A DNA stretch of 64,000 bases, from assembly GCF_006345805.1 (NCBI RefSeq), contig NC_043016.1, forward strand, positions 1 through 64,000, read 5' to 3'. Origin of the DNA: Octopus sinensis. Lineage: Eukaryota. Shown piece after piece: positions 1 through 13,334 of the stretch (position 1 is the stretch's first letter; the number at the start of each line of letters is the position of its first letter). Position numbers and translations under genes: made by a program. Under the pieces are notes generated by a model. It worked only from the letters and a program-made list of their open reading frames with translations, was not told where the DNA came from and did not search any database.

Positions 1-354
1 CAGCCACTTACACCTTAATTTCATGAGCAAGCTGTTCAGTTCATCAGATCAGCTGGGACCCTTGTCGTTGCAACCAACGGAGTTCTCCTACAAGCAGAAG
101 TGTATTTTTAACCATATCAGACAGTTTGTTACTTTTGAGACACCGGAAGGATTCTCAAATTCACCAATTTAGAGAAACAAGCAGCCCTTCTGTTGATATG
201 CACATCGAATCTAGTAACCTCAGGGGACTGGAGCTATCATTTTGCTTACTTATAAGTGTTTAACAATTTATCTACTAACAGTTGCCTGTTTACAGAGATC
301 GCAGTTCCCACACAGTTACAAAATATAAGATACATATAAAGAAACAAAATAAAC

Positions 355-675
355 TGGCACTCTGTTGCTTACGATGACGAGGGTTTCAGTTGATCCAATC
401 AATAGAACAGCTTGCTCGTGAGATTAATGTGCAAGTGGCTGAGTACTCCAGAGATATGCGCACCCCTTCACATACTTTTCAAGAAGATTCAGCATGACGC
501 AGAGTGTGACAAGGCTGGCACCTTGAAAATACAGGTACTACTCGTGTTTGCCAGCTGAATGGATTAGAGAAACAAGAAATAAAGTGTCTTGCTCAAGGAC
601 GCAATGTACCACCAGGAATCGAACTCGTGACACTGCGATTGTGAGCTGAATACCCTAACCATTAAGCCACATGCC
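355..675 (-). mobile_element. tRNA-derived SINE, family D (another partial copy at 1-90)
   Basis: Reverse complement matches the copies at 24230-25508: head with GGCTTAATGGTTAGGG, a B-box-like GAGTTCGATTCC, the tccttgagcaagacac core and the 3' ...caactgaaaccctcgtcatcgtaagc end. Confidence 0.8.
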
Positions 676-819
676 TATATACATATTTGAAAGGGTAAAG
701 AATGACTTCACTGGTAGTTCTAATTAATTTAATACCTAACTGTACCAAGGATTTCATACATTTTCCAATATATATGTATGTATGTGTGTGTGTGTGTATA
801 TATATAATATAATATATAT

Positions 820-862
<43 letters not shown>

Positions 863-1129
863 TCATCATCATCATCATCATCATCGTTTAACGTCTGCTT
901 TCCATGCTAGCATGGGTTGGACGGTTCAACTGGGGTCTGGGGAGCCCGAAGCTGCACCAGGCCAGTCAGATCTGGCAGTGTTTCTACAGCTGGATGCCCT
1001 TCTAACGCCAACCACTCCGAGATATAGTGGGTGATTTATGTGCCACCGACACAGGTGCCAGACGAGGCTGGCGAACGACCACGCTCGGATGGTGTTTTTA
1101 TGTGCCACCGACACAGGTGCCAGATGAGG

Positions 1130-1191
<62 letters not shown>

Positions 1192-1520
1192 CATACATAC
1201 AATATATATAATATATACATATATACAATATATATTTGTATGTCATCATCATCATCATCGTTTAACGTCCGTTTTCCATGCTAGCATGGGTTGGACAGTT
1301 CGACTGGGGTCTGGGAAGCCAGGAGGCTGCGCCAGGGTCCAGTCTGATCTGGCAGTGTTTCTGCAGCTGGATGCCCTTCCTAATGCCAACCACTCCGTGA
1401 GTGTAGTGGGTGCTTTTTATGTGCCAGGGAAGGCTGGCAGTGGCCACGATTGGTTGGTGCTTTTTACATGCCACTGGCAGAGAAGCCAGTCAAGGCGGCG
1501 CTGGCATCGGCCACGTTCAG
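863..1520 (-). mobile_element. Two RTE LINE 3'-UTR-only copies (863-1130, 1243-1520), each next to (TA)n
   Basis: Same sequence as the 3' UTR of the RTE copies at 2838-6290 and 56440-57966 (ggcgttaggaagggcatccagc...ggacgttaaac(gat)n on the minus strand). Confidence 0.85.
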
Positions 1521-1524
1521 ATAC

Positions 1525-1902
1525 TCTTTTACTCTTTTACTTGTTTCAGTCTTTTGACTGCGGCCATGCTGGAGCACCGCATTTAATCGAGCAACTCGAC
1601 CCCAGGACTTATTCTTTTGTAAGCCCAGTACTTATTCTATCGGTCTCTTTTGCTGAACCGCTAAGTGACGGGGACGTAAACACAATGCTAGGGGGTCAGA
1701 CACAGACACACAAACATACACGCACACACACATATATATACATATATACGACGAGCTTCTTTCAGTTTCCGACTACCAAATCCACTCACAAGGCATTGGT
1801 CGGCCGGGGCTATAGCAGAAGACACTTGCCCAAGATGCCACGCAGCAGGACTGAACCCGGAACCATGTGGTTGGTTAGCAAGCTACTTACCACACAGCCA
1901 CG
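1525..1902 (-). mobile_element. tRNA-derived CORE-like SINE, family C
   Basis: Head gctgtgtggtaagtagcttgc...ggttcagtcc, CORE-like ttgggcaagtgtcttc, internal (TA)/(TG) tract, (gtaaaaga)n tail. Near-identical to 43737-44140 and 47155-47550. Confidence 0.85.
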
Positions 1903-2807
1903 GTGCTATATATATATAAACTTTAGAGAAAAATGACGAAACAGTCTTAATTCATTTTTGATCCTCATTGGGGTTTCATCAGAAGTGTCTGCTTCTCTCT
2001 ACCAATTCCAGAGAAATAATGGTTGTAGTAGTTGTTGTTGTTGTTGTTGTTGTTACGTGAGCCAACCCCACTCAAGCTGTCTTTGGGATGATAGTGGTAG
2101 TTAATTAAATCAGCATATAGCATCACTGATTGTTGTTGTTGTTGTTGTCATTTAGTAATATGTTACCTCAGCTTGTATGTTGTTGTCTTAAGATATGATG
2201 AGTCAAGCAGGCATATCAGTAAGACTAATCATACATTCACTGATGAATTTCGTTTGGATCTTCAAGAGACATGTCTGTCTGTCTGTCTGTCTGTCTATCT
2301 TTCTATCTGTCTGCTCGACTGACTGACTGACTGCCTGCATGCGTTCCTATCTATCTATGCATCCATCCATCCATCCATTCATCTACCCAGCCACCCTCCA
2401 CCCACTCATCCTCCCTCTCATCCACCCTTCCTTCCTTCCTTCCCCATCATCACCCCATTCATCATCATTACCATCCTAGTTGTTGGCATGACTATCCCAA
2501 TCATCATCATCATCATCATCATTTCTCTTATCTGTGCCATTTTCCCTATACAGGCATGATTTGGATGAAATGTCTTGAGCCAGTCTGCCCTACTCCACCT
2601 CTATTATTTATTATTTTTTTTTTTTGTTCTTCTACAGGTCTTTCATATATGTCTACTTTTGCTTGTTTCCATCTTTGCATGTCGAAACAGCTGAGCTGCC
2701 AGACATATTGATATCAGTGCCAATTCATGCAAAGACAAACACACATCGGCATACACGCTTGCACGCACGCACACACATACATACATTTATACATATACAC
2801 ACACACA

Positions 2808-2837
<30 letters not shown>

Positions 2838-2841
<4 letters not shown>

Positions 2842-5800
2842 TCATCATCATCATCATCATTTAACGTCTGCTTTCCATGCTAGCATGGGTTGGACGGTTC
2901 AACTGGGGTCTGGGGAGCCCGAAAGCTGCACCAGTCCAGTCAGATCTGGCAGTGTTTCTACAGCTGGATGCCCTCCTAACGCCAACCACTCCGAGAGTGT
3001 AGTGGGTGATTTTATGTGCCACCGACACAGGTGCCAGACGAGGCTGGCAACGGCCACGCTCGGATGGTGTTTTTTATGTGCCACCGACACAGGTGCCAGA
3101 CGAGGCTGGCAGACGGCCACGCTCGGATGTGTTTTTTTTTTTATGTGCCACCGACACAGGTGCCAGACGAGGCTGGCAGACGCCACGCTCGGATGTGTTT
3201 TATGTGCCACCGACACAGGTGCTAGACGAGGCTGGCAGACGGCCACGCTCGGATGGTTTTTTATGTGCCACCGACACAGGTGCCAGATGAGGCTGGCAAA
3301 CGGCCACGATCGGATGGTGCTTGTTACGTGCCCACAGCACGAAGGCCAGTCGATGCGGTACTGGCTACGGCCACGTTCGGATGGTTTTCTTATGTGCCAC
3401 GTGCCACCGGCACTGGTACCACAAAGATACAAATTCCATTGATGTTCATCTATTTTGATTTGTTTTGATTTTCACTTGTCTCAACAGGTCTTCACAAGTG
3501 TCACAAGAAGGAAGGTATGCACAGGTGGACTGACTACGTCCCAGGTAGGGGCCATGGGTTATGGCCTGACTAGTCTTGCCGGGTCTTCGGATGGTGTTTT
3601 TATGTGCCACCGACACAGGTGCTAGATGAGGCTGGCGAACGGCCACGATCGGATGGTGTTTGTCATGTGCCCACCGCACTGACTACGGCACTGATGGATT
3701 TCTTGTGTGCCACAGGCACTGGTACCACAAGATACAAATTCCATTGATGTTCATCTATTTTGTCTATTTTGATTTGATTTGATTTTCACTTGCCTCAACG
3801 GTCTTCACAAGTGTCACAAGAAGGAAGGTATGCACAGGTGGACTGACTAGTCTTGCCCGGTCTTCGAAGGTGTTTTTATGTGCCACCGACACAGTGCCAG
3901 ATGAGGCTGGCGAACGGCCATGATCGGATGGTGTTTGTTACGTGCCCACAGCACGGAGCCGGTCGATGCGGAACTGGCTACGGCCACGTTCGGATGGTTC
4001 TCTTGTGTGCCACCGCACTGGTACACAAAGGTGTGCCACCGGCACTGGTACCACAAAGATACAGATTCATTGATGTTCATCTATTTTGATTTGTTTTGAT
4101 TTTGATTTTCACTTGCCTCAACAGGTCTTCACAAGTGTCACAAGAAGGAAGGTATGCACAGGTGGACTGGCTACGTCCCAGGTAGGGGCCATGGGTTATG
4201 GCCTGACTAGTCTTGCCGGGTCTTCGGATGGTGTTTTTATGTGCCACCGACACAGGTGCTAGATGAGGCTGGCGAACGGCCACGATCGGATGGTGTTTGT
4301 CATGTGCCCCAGCACGGAGGCCAGTCGATGCGGTACTGGCTACAGCCACTTTCGGATGGTTTTCTCTTGTGTGCCACCGGCACTGGTACCACAAAGATAC
4401 AAATTCCATTGATGTTCATTATTTTGAGTTGTTTTGATTGATTTTGATTTTGATTTTCACTTGCCTCAACAGGCCCTTCCAGTATCACAAGGAGGAAGGT
4501 ATGCACAGGTGGACTGACTACGTCCCAGGTAGGGGCCATGGTTTATGGCCTGACTAGTCTTGCCGGGTCTTCGGAAGGTGTTTTTATGTGCCACCGACAC
4601 AGTGCTAGATGAGGCTGGCGAACGGCCACGACCGGATGGTGTTGTTATGTGCCCACAGCACGATGGCCAGTGATGCGGGGGTACTGATACGGCCATGTTC
4701 GGATGGATTCTGTGTGCCACCGGCACTGGTACCACAAGCGGTACTGACTACTTTTTATGTGCCACCGACACAGGTGCTAGATGAGGCTGGCGAACGGCCA
4801 TGACCGGATGGTGTTTGTTATGTGCCCACAGCACGATGGGAGTGATGCGGTACTGACTACGGCCACGTTCAGATGATTCTTGTGTGCCACCGGCACTGGT
4901 ACCACAAGGATACAAATTCCATTGATGTTCATCTATTTTGATTTGTTTTGATTTGATTTGATTTTCACTTGCCTCAGCAGGTCTTCACAAGTGTCACAAG
5001 AAGGAAGGTATGTACAGGTGGACTGACTACGTCCCAGTAGGGCCCACGGGTTATGACCTGACTAGTCTTGCCGGGTCTTCGGATGGTGTTTTTATGGCCA
5101 CAGTTCCCACAGCACGGGGGCCAGTCGATGCGGTACTGGCTACGGCACGTTCGGATGGGTTTTGTGTGCCACAGGCACTGGTACCACAAGATACAAATTC
5201 CATTGATGTTCATCTATTTTGATTGATTTTCACTTGCCTCAGCAGGTCTTCACAAGTGTCACAAGAAGGAAGGTATGCACAGGTGGATCGACTACGTCCC
5301 AGGTAGGGGCCACGGGATATGGCCTGACTAGTCCTGCCGGGTCCTCTCATGCACAGCACACTTCCATAGGACTCGGTCTTTTCAGTCATTTCCTTGGTGA
5401 GACCTAAAGTTCGAAGGTCGTGCTTCACCACCTCGTCCCAGGTTTTCCTGGGTCTACCTCTTCCACATGTTCCCTCAACTGCTAGGGGTGTAGCACTTTT
5501 GCACACAACTATCTTCAGCCAATCTCGTCACATGACCATACCAGCGCAGCCGTCTCTCTTGCACACCACAACTGACACTCTAGGTTCAACTTTTCTCTCA
5601 AAGTACTTACACTCTGACGATTATGAAACACTGACATTACACATCCATCGGAGCATACTGGCTTCATTTCTTGCAAGCTTACGCATATCCTCAGCTGTCA
5701 CGGCCCATGTTTCACTACCATGTAGCATGGCTGTACGTACACACGCATCATATAGTCTGCCTTTTACTCTTAGCGAGAGGCCTTTGTCACCAGCAGGGGT

Positions 5801-6290
5801 AAGAGCTCTCTAAACTTTGCCCAGGCTATTCTTACTCTAGCAGTACCACTTTCAGCACACACACCCCCCGCTACTGACTTGGTCTCTAGGTAGCGGAAGC
5901 TATCAACTACTTCTAGTTTGTCTCCCTGGAACGTGGTAGAAGTTGGCTCTGCACATTTCCAGTGTTTATTTCTCCTGAGCATCTGCCACAGACAAAAACT
6001 ATTTTCTTAGTTAGCCTTCCTTTGACATTGCTGCACCAACTTATGTGTCCATAGCTTACACTTGGTGCACTTATAGAGTTTCTACCTACACTTTTTTTAC
6101 AGATCGAGCAGGGCCATCTACCTGAAGTCGTTTGTGGTTGGTCCACCTTCCTACTTATTAGGACTTTGGTTTTGGCTAGGTTGATTCTAAGGCCCTTCGA
6201 TTCTAATCCTTGTTTCCACACCTGAAACTTCTCCTCCAGTTCTGATAGTGACTCAGCAATTAGAGCAAGGTCATCAGCATATAGGATACA
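2838..6290 (-). mobile_element. 5'-truncated RTE-clade LINE with an amplified 3' UTR
   Basis: RT and C-terminal remnants at 5330-6290, then a 3' UTR array at 2838-5330 ending in (GAT)n next to (TA)n. Confidence 0.9.
5330..6290 (-). pseudogene. Frameshifted RTE reverse transcriptase, C-terminal part
   Basis: Translations: LYADDLALIAES...GLRINLAKTKV, GRWPCSICKKSVGRNSI (Cys-rich insert), LEVVDSFRYL, VRIAWAKFRELLPLL, GRGRPRKTWDEVVKHDL. Confidence 0.92.
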
Positions 6291-6299
6291 TATGTATAT

Positions 6300-6330
<31 letters not shown>

Positions 6331-6378
6331 CATATGTATATACACACACACATGCACACATATATATATGTATATATT

Positions 6379-6630
6379 AAGGTGGTGAGCTGGCAGAATT
6401 GTTAGCACGCTGGGCAAAATGCTTAGCAGTATTTCGTCTGCCGTTACGTTCTGAGTTCAAATTCCTCCTGTGTCGACTTTGCCTTTCATCCTTTCGGGAG
6501 TCGATTAAATAAGTGCCAGTTATGCACTGGGGGGGGGGTCAATGTAATCGACTTAATCCCTTTGTCTGTCCTTCTTTGTTCCCTCTGTGTTTAGCAACCC
6601 CCCCCCCCCCATGGGCAATAAACACACCAA
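6379..6630 (+). mobile_element. tRNA-derived SINE, family B
   Basis: aaggtggtgagctggcagaa head (A-box-like TGGCAGAA), B box GAGTTCAAATTCC, 3' gggcaataaa. Further copies at 8440-8675(-), 13606-13836, 20940-21172(-), 29532-29765, 30655-31125, 37150-37380, 43167-43560, 50520-50730(-), 60775-61006. Confidence 0.85.
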
Positions 6631-8934
6631 CATTTATATATTAATTTTACTTGCGTCTCTGTCTTACAAGAAACTGATGGATAAAGAAATCAAACTACAT
6701 AAACAGCAGCAAGACCATTTAGAAATTAAATAGCACTAATATATTCAGTAACAATAATAAATTTAATTTATCCTTGACAATTTTTAGTTTTACCAATTTT
6801 TTAATATATCGCTCCTGTTTAAAACCTTTTACCTACTTGACAATTGCATTTCTAGCTCTGCCTTGAAGGACTCACATTTTTGTGTACAATGATGTTGTTA
6901 AACCTCTGTTAACAGCACCATATGCAGGTCCCTTCTGTTTTCTTTTATGTATGAATAAACTTTTCACTGTAGACCTTAATGGTCATAAAGATATTATATT
7001 AGTGGATAGACTAGAAAAGGCCTTCATAGAGAAAACTGTCCCTGTTCCCGCTGCAGATGTCACACACACAGTATTACAAATACAACCCACACATCCACTT
7101 TCACATTCCATGACTACATTTGGGATTAGTCAGTTACCGGACAAGGATTTTGGATTATTTTTCATTTTTTAAATTTAATTTTTGGGAGTGGTCCGGTTCA
7201 TTTTTAATATTCTCGTTTATGAGAGCAGTTGAGTTTATTTCAAATATCCTCCATTGAGACGACGTTGGTGTCGCCTTGGTGAAGGTTTGCGCTATCTGAG
7301 TGCTCTTGTTCACACTGCTTTCAATTAATCATGCATTATCTTGTAGCTTTGAGGGTTTCAGTGATATGATTGTTTATTTTTAGAATGACATTGTAGGGTA
7401 GGTGGGAAAGGCTGGATCTGGTCAGTTTGAACATAAAACAAGGAAGAATATTTTGGTTGGATATTGACAGTTTAAATGCTAAAGAGTTAAGCCTATTTTA
7501 TGGAACCCTAATATATAAATTCTGTCAACTTACACAACTGCAAACCTTCCCTCCACCCCACCCCACATACAGCAACGGAAATAGATGCTTGATATCAATG
7601 AAAATAAAACTGTTTGTTGTGAATTAATTTGATTTTCGTCGTGTTTGTTTTGGTTATTTCCAATGTAGATGTGGAAATTGAAAACAGAAAAAAAAAAAAA
7701 AAAAACCTGACACGGACTTCCATCTTAATGAAATAAATATTCTCAGTTATGTTTATAATGTTAGTGTACAACGGCCGAAAAATATTTGTCCAGACGCACA
7801 TTATAGATTCATGTGTTGTGGTGGTAGTGGTAGTTGTTAATGTTTCTGTTGATTGATGTGTGCATGTGTGTGTTCTCACATACATACATACATACGTACA
7901 CGTGTGTGTGTGAGTGTGTGGTTGGTTATTCATATAAGCACGTAGAAATATAAAATGGAGCAATTGAAAGCAAAGTATTTTAAGAGATTTTACACACTTC
8001 TACACTTCCAGTGAAATGTTTCTGTGTGTCACATATGTATGTATGTGCATACACACACATACATATATACATAAAGCATACATACATGCATATATATATA
8101 CACACACATACACACGTACATAGATACACACATATATACATACACGTGCATACATGCATACACATTTACACACATGCATACACACACACACACACACAAG
8201 TGTGTGTGCATAAGCAATCAGTGTGTATGTTGTATATGTATATTCTGTCATAAATATGTGATTCTAATTTTCTCCCATCTGTTGACTTTGTATTAAAATT
8301 CTTCATTCAGTTAATTTATTTACATTTTGTCTTTGAGTTCTTTGAAAGATTTTTTTTGGAATGTCACAATACCAATCTTTCAATATTTCAGCCCTGGGCA
8401 ATATTAACTTCGATTCCTTTCCTTTTTCTTTCAATATTTATTTCTTTATTGCCCACAAGGAACTAAACATAGAGGGGGAGCAAACAAAGACAGACAAAGG
8501 GATTAAGTTGATTACATCGACCCCAGTATGTAACTGGTACTTATTTAATCGACCCCGAAGAATGAAAGGCAAAGTCGACATCGGCAGAATTTGAACTCAG
8601 AACATAGCAGCAAATGAAATACTGCTAAGCATTTTGCTCAGCATACAAACGATTCTGCCAGCTTGCTGCCTTTCTCTTTCAATATTCACACCTATTCTGC
8701 AGAGGTATATGTATTAAAAACCAGGTTTTTCAATACCAGTCATTATTGTTTCCAGTGATACCACGGTATTCTCACTCTTCAGAACTTCAGCATAAGCAAT
8801 GTCGTTGCCCTTGACATTGGCAAAGTCTAAAAGCTGCTGTGTTGGATCACGAGTTGCTTGCATACAAGGCCCATCAACCTTTTATCTCTTGAGCAGGAGT
8901 TTTTGTATGAGAGTTCCATCATAGTGTGCCTTTA

Positions 8935-9142
8935 CCCTTTAGCATTTAAACAGGCCATAACCAGCCTGAATATTCTCTCTTTTTTTATGTTGAAACCGAC
9001 CAGGTCCAGCCTCTTACACCTACTCTACAATGTAATTCTTCAGGTAAGCAATCACATCATTGAAATCTCAAAGCTATGAGACAAGAGAGGAGTTTGAATA
9101 AATATGGATTACATCTGACAGAATAATCTGAATGCTAAAAGG
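8935..9142. mobile_element. piggyBac-like MITE family (TTAA target, CCCTTTAGCATT TIR)
   Basis: ccctttagcatttaaac...gaatgctaaaagg followed by TTAA. Related copies at 7310-7486, 10031-10215, 10413-10600, 37913-38517, 38940-39165, 39290-39503, 39630-40065. Confidence 0.7.
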
Positions 9143-10606
9143 TTAATGACATTCTCTCTCTCTCTGTCCATTGTCCTCTCTCTCCCTCTCCTCACCCACT
9201 TTCTCTTTCTCTCACCTGCATTCTATCGACATTCATGTACTGTATTTATTTGTGTATAAGCTGTGTTCCAGTATTCGTCACACCTCTAATTTAGTGTCAA
9301 ATCTTGGTATAGGATTTCTTTCCCTTTATAATTTTGGCATTTCCCCATGTATAAGTTACCCCCCAGTTTTTATTTTTTTGTTTTTCAATTAAAATGAAGT
9401 ATAAGATAGTGTGGTTTATAGATGTGCAAATATGGTACTTTGGATTTCACTTACTCCAACTCCATCATCTACCCAGTCAATAAATGATCTCTGTCAATTT
9501 ATAATCACATGGGTCTTTGTAGAGGTCACTGCTTCTTAACTCCTTGATAACATATTTTCTATACAAGCATCATCAACATGCAGTGTAGACACCGCTCCAG
9601 ATATGTGCCATTGTTTTTGTGAATAAAGACCTTGGAAAGGTCCTCCAAAAAGGATATGGCAGCTTAGTCTTGCCTAATTATTAGCAAAGAGATGCAGTAA
9701 CTGTCTGTTCTTTATCCATGAGCAACTCACAACAATAAACCTTAACTACAAACTTTAACGGTTTTAGGCCTGATAATAAAGGATGATCTCTCATAATGAC
9801 CACACAGTAATGATATAACCAAATTTACATCCAAGTATCCTGCTTCTCAACAGCTGCTGATCCATGATGAGGCACAAGTATAACTTGTTTCAGAATATTG
9901 CTCATATATCTGAGACATTGCAGCTGTTGGGTCACATAGCTTAGATGACATTTTAAAATGAGACCATCCCTATAGATTAGCAAATATTAACTCACTTAAT
10001 TCATAACTGTTTTGCCTTTGATAAAGTTTAACCTTTTAGGCCCAGCCATATCTGGCCCAAATACTCTCTCTCTCTGTTTCATGTTCAAACTGGCAAGATC
10101 TGGCCTCTCACACCTGTCTTACAATGCCATTCTAAAAATAAACAATCACATCATCAAAATCTCGGAGCTATGAGATAATGCATGATTAATTCAAAGCAAT
10201 GTGAATAACTAAGCATTTAAAATACAAACAAACAAAAAAACTTGTTCTACATTTTCAGAACAAAAGCTGTTACTTGAGGGAGATTTGATTGGCATTTTTA
10301 GTGGGTTGAGTAATGCCTTTGAGGTTCTGGCTTTGGCTTGAATAGGAGCTTCTTTGTTGGTTCAGTAGCCATATTTATTTATTTATTTATATTTATTTTT
10401 TATTGTTGTTTAACCCTTTAGTTTTTAAATTACTCTGTCGAATATGATGCTTAGTTATTCACATTGTTTTTCAATTAATCTTAACTTTGAGATTTCAGTG
10501 ATGTAATTGTTTACTTTTTAGAATGGCATTGTAGGGTAAGTGTGAGATGCCAGATCTGAACATAAAACAAGTAGAATAATTTGGACCAAATATAGTTGGC
10601 TTAAAT

Positions 10607-10902
10607 CAGTATTTCTCAATTTTTTTTTTTATATTTTACCCTGTAGACCCCTTTGGTTCCAGTTTTACTCCTAATCATTTGATATTTTGAAAAAAATCCT
10701 ATTAGATTTTTAGAATTGAATATTATTAGTAATTCATCATCATTTCACGTCTGCTTTCCATGCTGGTATTGGTTAGATAGTTTGACTGGAACTGGTAAGC
10801 TGTAGAGCTGCACCAGGTTCCAGTCTGATTTGGCATGGTTTCTGCAGCTGGATGTCCTTTATTGCTGACATATTTTATATGGACCCTAGTTGAAAACCAC
10901 TG
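10607..10902. mobile_element. hAT-like MITE with a nested RTE 3' fragment (about 10735-10860)
   Basis: Imperfect TIRs cagtatttctcaa / gttgaaaaccactg. 8-bp flanks gcttaaat (10599-10606) and gtttaaat (10903-10910) differ at one base. Confidence 0.6.
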
Positions 10903-11834
10903 GTTTAAATCCGAAAGGGTAATGGTAAAGTGACCTTAGCTGGATTTGAACTCAGAGCATGTTCTAACAGTTGTTGGCATTCATGTGCTGCAAGTGTCTA
11001 GTTTTCTGATTTGGGAATAACTTCTTCCCTTTTTCCTGTTACCAGTCTCAGAGGTCTTGAAAAATTAAGGGTAGCATATGGGTATCTTTGACCTCCTCAA
11101 TTAAGCAGTTAAAAGTTTTATTGTTTAGTGCTTTTGCTGTTGCTAACCCTTCATTTTTATTACTTGAGAAACATCCTTGATTGCCCTAGTTTCATTCCTT
11201 TACTAAACACACACACACACAAAAGGTTGTATGGTTCCAGGTTCAGTCCTACTAAGTGGTACCCTGGGTAAGTACCTTCTACATTAGTACCAGGCTGACT
11301 AAAGCCTTCTGAGTGGATTTGTTTAATGGAAACTGGAAGAAGTGTGTCTTCATGCCTCTGGATGCCCTTCCTAATGCCAACCATTCCGTGAGTGTAGTGG
11401 GTGCTTTTTATGTCCCACCGACACAGGTGCCAGACGAGGCTGGTGAATGGCCACGCTCAGATGGTGTTTTTTACGTGCCACCGGCACGGAGGCCAGGCGA
11501 GGCTGGCACGGCCACGATCGGATGGTGTTTTTTTTACGTGCCACCAGCACGGAGTCCAGTTGATGTGTGTGTGTGTGTGTGTCATCTTTGGGGTGGGGGA
11601 CACAACTGGGGTTGATTTGTTTGACTAAAGCCTTCAAGGCAGTGTGTGCTCCAGCATAGCCACATTCCAATGAGTGAAACAAGTAAAAGATAAACAATTT
11701 TAATCAATAGGTATTTTATATAACTAGTTGGAACTGTTTTGTTTTCCTACACACTCAGTGTTTTAATATTCATGGTAAAAGTGGAGGCAAAAAAAAAATA
11801 GAGAGAAAAAAAATTTTTTGCGCCCTTTTCAATC

Positions 11835-12120
11835 CTAGCCGGCTCATTGGCCCGGTTTCTGTGGCGTATGTGTCCCCCCCCCCCCCAGCTGGATGGGATG
11901 CCAGTCCATCGCAGCATTACTCAAGAAACAGGAAGAAAGAGTGAGAGAAAGTTGGGGCGAAAGAGTACTACAGGGGTCGCGACCACCCCCTGCCAGAGCC
12001 TCATGGAGCTTTTAGGTGTTTTCGCTCAATAAATACACACAATGTCTGGTCTGGAAATTGAAACTGTGATCCTCCAACCGCAAGTCTGCTGCCCTAACCA
12101 CTGGGCTATTGCGCCTCCAC
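11835..12120 (-). mobile_element. tRNA-derived SINE, family E (partial copy at about 15380-15470)
   Basis: Minus strand starts ggaggcgcaatagcccagtggttagggcag (tRNA-like head) and contains gatggactggcatcccatccagctgggg, resembling V-SINE-type central domains. Confidence 0.75.
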
Positions 12121-13334
12121 AGAGAGAAAATTGCTTTTTTTTTTTTAATATTGCATAATTCATGCTTCTTTTAGAAATAATTATTACAATGCTGAAGCAA
12201 TACTAATTAATGCAATTCTAATAGCCTAGAAAAAAGACATGAATGTGATAATTTTCTATTACAATCTCACTTTTATTATTATTAATAATAATAATGATGA
12301 TGATGATGATAATAATAATAATGATCATGATGATAATAATAATAATAATGATCATGATGATAATAATAATAATAATGATCATGATGATAGTAATAATAAT
12401 ATTAATGTTGTGCAAGAATTGTGCTGGCTTGAAGAGTGTAGTCGTCGTAGCTTATATTGCAGTAACACTAGTTTATTGCACATAACATTATATTTCCTTC
12501 ATCAATAACCAATAACTCTGGGAGTTTTAACGTTTGTTAACCAATAAAATCATTCATCTCTGGTGTCGCTCTCATCTCACTGAGAAAAGCAGACGGAAAC
12601 GAAAAATGACTGAGAAGAAATTCAACAGGAGGGGGGGAGCAAAAAAAAAAAAAAACCAAAAGTGTAGTTGTTGAACTCTGTAGGTTTCCATTGCTGTTCG
12701 GGTGTTAGTAATCTTATTTTCTGAGTTAATTAGGCAAACACTCGGTGAAATCTAATCAATAATGCTTTCCTATCTGCAGAATCAATAGCTTTCTCTCATT
12801 TTTCATTAACTGCTGATATTCTGCCTGTATTTATTACTTCTTCATTCACCTGGCAGCAGATGACCTTATACTCTGCACATATTCAAACCAAAGAAGGAAT
12901 CCTTCTCTCTCTCTCTTTCTCTCTGCGCATGGCCACTCAACCTTTTTGAAATAGTGACCCAGTCTCCCTCAAATTACATTATACAATTTTAAATATAACA
13001 CATTAGATCAGTTGTCGGTCCTCAACCTCGGTTCATATGCCCGTTGGCAATACATATGAAATTTTGCCGTTAAAATTTACCTGCAATAAATTGGTTGTAC
13101 TTCTGTGTTTGTCCTGTGTGTGTGTATGTGTGCCTTCCCCCCACCATTAGTTGACGACTGATGTTGGTGTGTTTATGTACCTGTAACTTAGCAGTTTGGC
13201 AAAAGAGACGGATAAAATAAGTACTAGGCTTACAAAGAATAAGTCCTGTAGTTGAATTCTTCAACTAAAATCCTTTGCATGGCCTCAGTCAAATTACCGA
13301 AACAAGTAAAACAATACAAGAATACACAAAATGT

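Noticed and set aside
1031-1936. 301-aa ORF
   Set aside because: Runs through antisense RTE UTR, (TA)n and an antisense SINE; not protein-like
2990-3350. Regularly spaced repeats resembling a CRISPR array
   Set aside because: Units are contiguous near-identical tandem copies with no unique spacers, belong to the RTE UTR, and the context is eukaryotic with no cas genes
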